From: a virus
Length of the DNA: 64,000 nucleotides
Virus record (IMG/VR): IMGVR_UViG_3300024502_000013
Coordinates: 9,995-73,994 of that record
Strand: one strand, 5' to 3'
Shown here: positions 62,796 through 64,000 of the stretch, piece by piece
How positions within the stretch are numbered: the stretch's first letter is position 1
How the letters are laid out: the number at the start of each line of letters is the position of its first letter
Position numbers and translations under genes: made by a program
Notes under the pieces: generated by a model
Seen by the model: only the letters and a program-made list of their open reading frames with translations
Database searches by the model: none
What the model was told of the DNA's origin: nothing

Positions 62796-62859
62796 TAAAT
62801 AGGTGTGGGTCGCCACCCGCCACAGGCGCACCCACTCTAACGCTTATAGGAGCATCAGC

Positions 62860-63234
62860 ATGAAGTATATATACAACTCTGCCAAATTTAACCGTAAGAT
62901 GTGTGAAATTTTTGAGGTTGCATATACACCTTCAAAACCTGATAGAATTCAGGTAGACAAAATAAATTCAATTGCACCTGTTAATTTAGGTATTGATATC
63001 GGTGTTGTAGGTAAAGAACCCTGGAATAAAGGAAAAAAAACTGGTTCACTATCTGACGAACACAAATTGGCGTTGTCGATTGCAGGTAAGTCTTATGAAA
63101 AAACACAAGAACATCGAAAAAAATTATCTGAATCGTTAAAGGGTAACAAAAACGGAAAAAACAACATTAAACCAAAATCTCAAGAGCATAAAGAAAAAAT
63201 CAGACAATCAATTTTAAAAAGGAAAATGAAATGA
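62860..63234 (+). CDS. NUMOD3-repeat protein (homing-endonuclease-derived DNA-binding module)
   Basis: PWNKGK, SDEHK, TQEHRKKLSESLKG, SQEHKEKI; ATAAATA late box at 62795. Confidence 0.7.
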   Translation: MKYIYNSAKFNRKMCEIFEVAYTPSKPDRIQVDKINSIAPVNLGIDIGVVGKEPWNKGKKTGSLSDEHKLALSIAGKSYEKTQEHRKKLSESLKGNKNGKNNIKPKSQEHKEKIRQSILKRKMK

Positions 63235-63431
63235 CAAATACATTGCGTGATAAAATGAATGTTGATATTGATTCAATTATTTCCAAATTGAGTCTATTGA
63301 AATTGACCCCTGGTTACCGTGCAAAGGTGCATGGCATGGACCGAGTTATCGACCAGGTAGAAGGTTTTATTGCATACTGGGATTATAAACTGGATGATTT
63401 GGAACAAGATGCACAACAGGATGTAGTCTAA
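63231..63431 (+). CDS. hypothetical protein
   Basis: AAGGA RBS. Confidence 0.5.
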   Translation: MTNTLRDKMNVDIDSIISKLSLLKLTPGYRAKVHGMDRVIDQVEGFIAYWDYKLDDLEQDAQQDVV

Positions 63432-63616
63432 AAGGATGGCCAATGCGTTGGAGTGGGTATAACTTTAAGGAGTTTATATGAAACACCATGACATTGTGTT
63501 GGCCGTTAAAGAGTTGCTCGAAAGGCATTGGGATGTATATCAAATGGCCGCAAGGTTGAAAGTTGATCCAATACTGATTCAGCAAATAATTGATGCGTTG
63601 ACATAAGGAGTTTATC

Positions 63617-64000
63617 GTGGGTTTAGATATGTTTGCTTGGCGGGTTAAGGCCAAAGATGCACTTGGTGATTTTGAAATTGCTAAAGCCGGTGATGGTGCT
63701 CAAATAGTGGAAGAATTCTTTTACTGGCGTAAACACCACGACCTCCATGGTTGGATGGAAAAACTGTATCGTAACCGAGGCGGTGATGCAAAATCATTTA
63801 ATTGTATTCCCGTTCGATTATATTCACATGATTTGGATGCATTACAGTTTGACCTATTGAATGATAGTCTACCACCAACAACCGGTTTCTTTTTTGGTGA
63901 TAATCCACCTGACCTTGAATCACTGAAAGAGGATTTAAAATTCATACAATCGGCTCGTGATATCATTGCCGAAGGCGATGCAGTATATTATGATTCATGG
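63617..64000 (+). CDS. conserved phage protein (MGLDM..YWRK..LHGW), runs off the window edge
   Basis: AAGGAG RBS, GTG start, frame open to the end. Confidence 0.65.
   Translation, partial: MGLDMFAWRVKAKDALGDFEIAKAGDGAQIVEEFFYWRKHHDLHGWMEKLYRNRGGDAKSFNCIPVRLYSHDLDALQFDLLNDSLPPTTGFFFGDNPPDLESLKEDLKFIQSARDIIAEGDAVYYDSW

Overview
64 kb of a large T4-like myovirus genome. A Gram-negative host is indicated by the spanin pair; a freshwater betaproteobacterial host is only my inference from the AhpC/AhpD and PBP7-like genes. The window holds the T4 core replication module (gp45, gp44, gp62, regA, gp43, uvsX, gp41, gp61, rnh), nucleotide metabolism (nrdA, nrdB, trx, thyX, dCMP deaminase, MazG-like), auxiliary genes (Hsp20, AhpC/AhpD, GroES, peptidase S11), a glycan-modification cluster, a block of putative internal head proteins, a lysis cassette, and a divergently transcribed early region built from promoter cassettes. 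The most unusual part is the ~7 kb tRNA island (9.4-16.1 kb). With one outlying tRNA, the window has 28 tRNA genes covering all 20 amino acids. The island also has: (1) four copies of an unannotated RNA scaffold (AGG-stem, CAGCAA, cargo, stem-CCTGTT) whose cargos are tRNA mimics, including a complete circularly permuted tRNA-Arg(UCU) and isolated anticodon stem-loops, with two copies forming the leader of a TROVE/Ro60-like vWA (DUF2828-type) gene; (2) a leaderless 34-codon leader peptide using 19 amino acids, with a terminator/antiterminator pair ahead of the tRNA array; (3) rrn-like boxA leaders complementary to a trailer at the end of the array; and (4) structurally rearranged tRNAs. Together these suggest an undescribed phage tRNA-surveillance or anticodon-decoy ribonucleoprotein system. 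All protein family calls are from motif recognition, not database searches.
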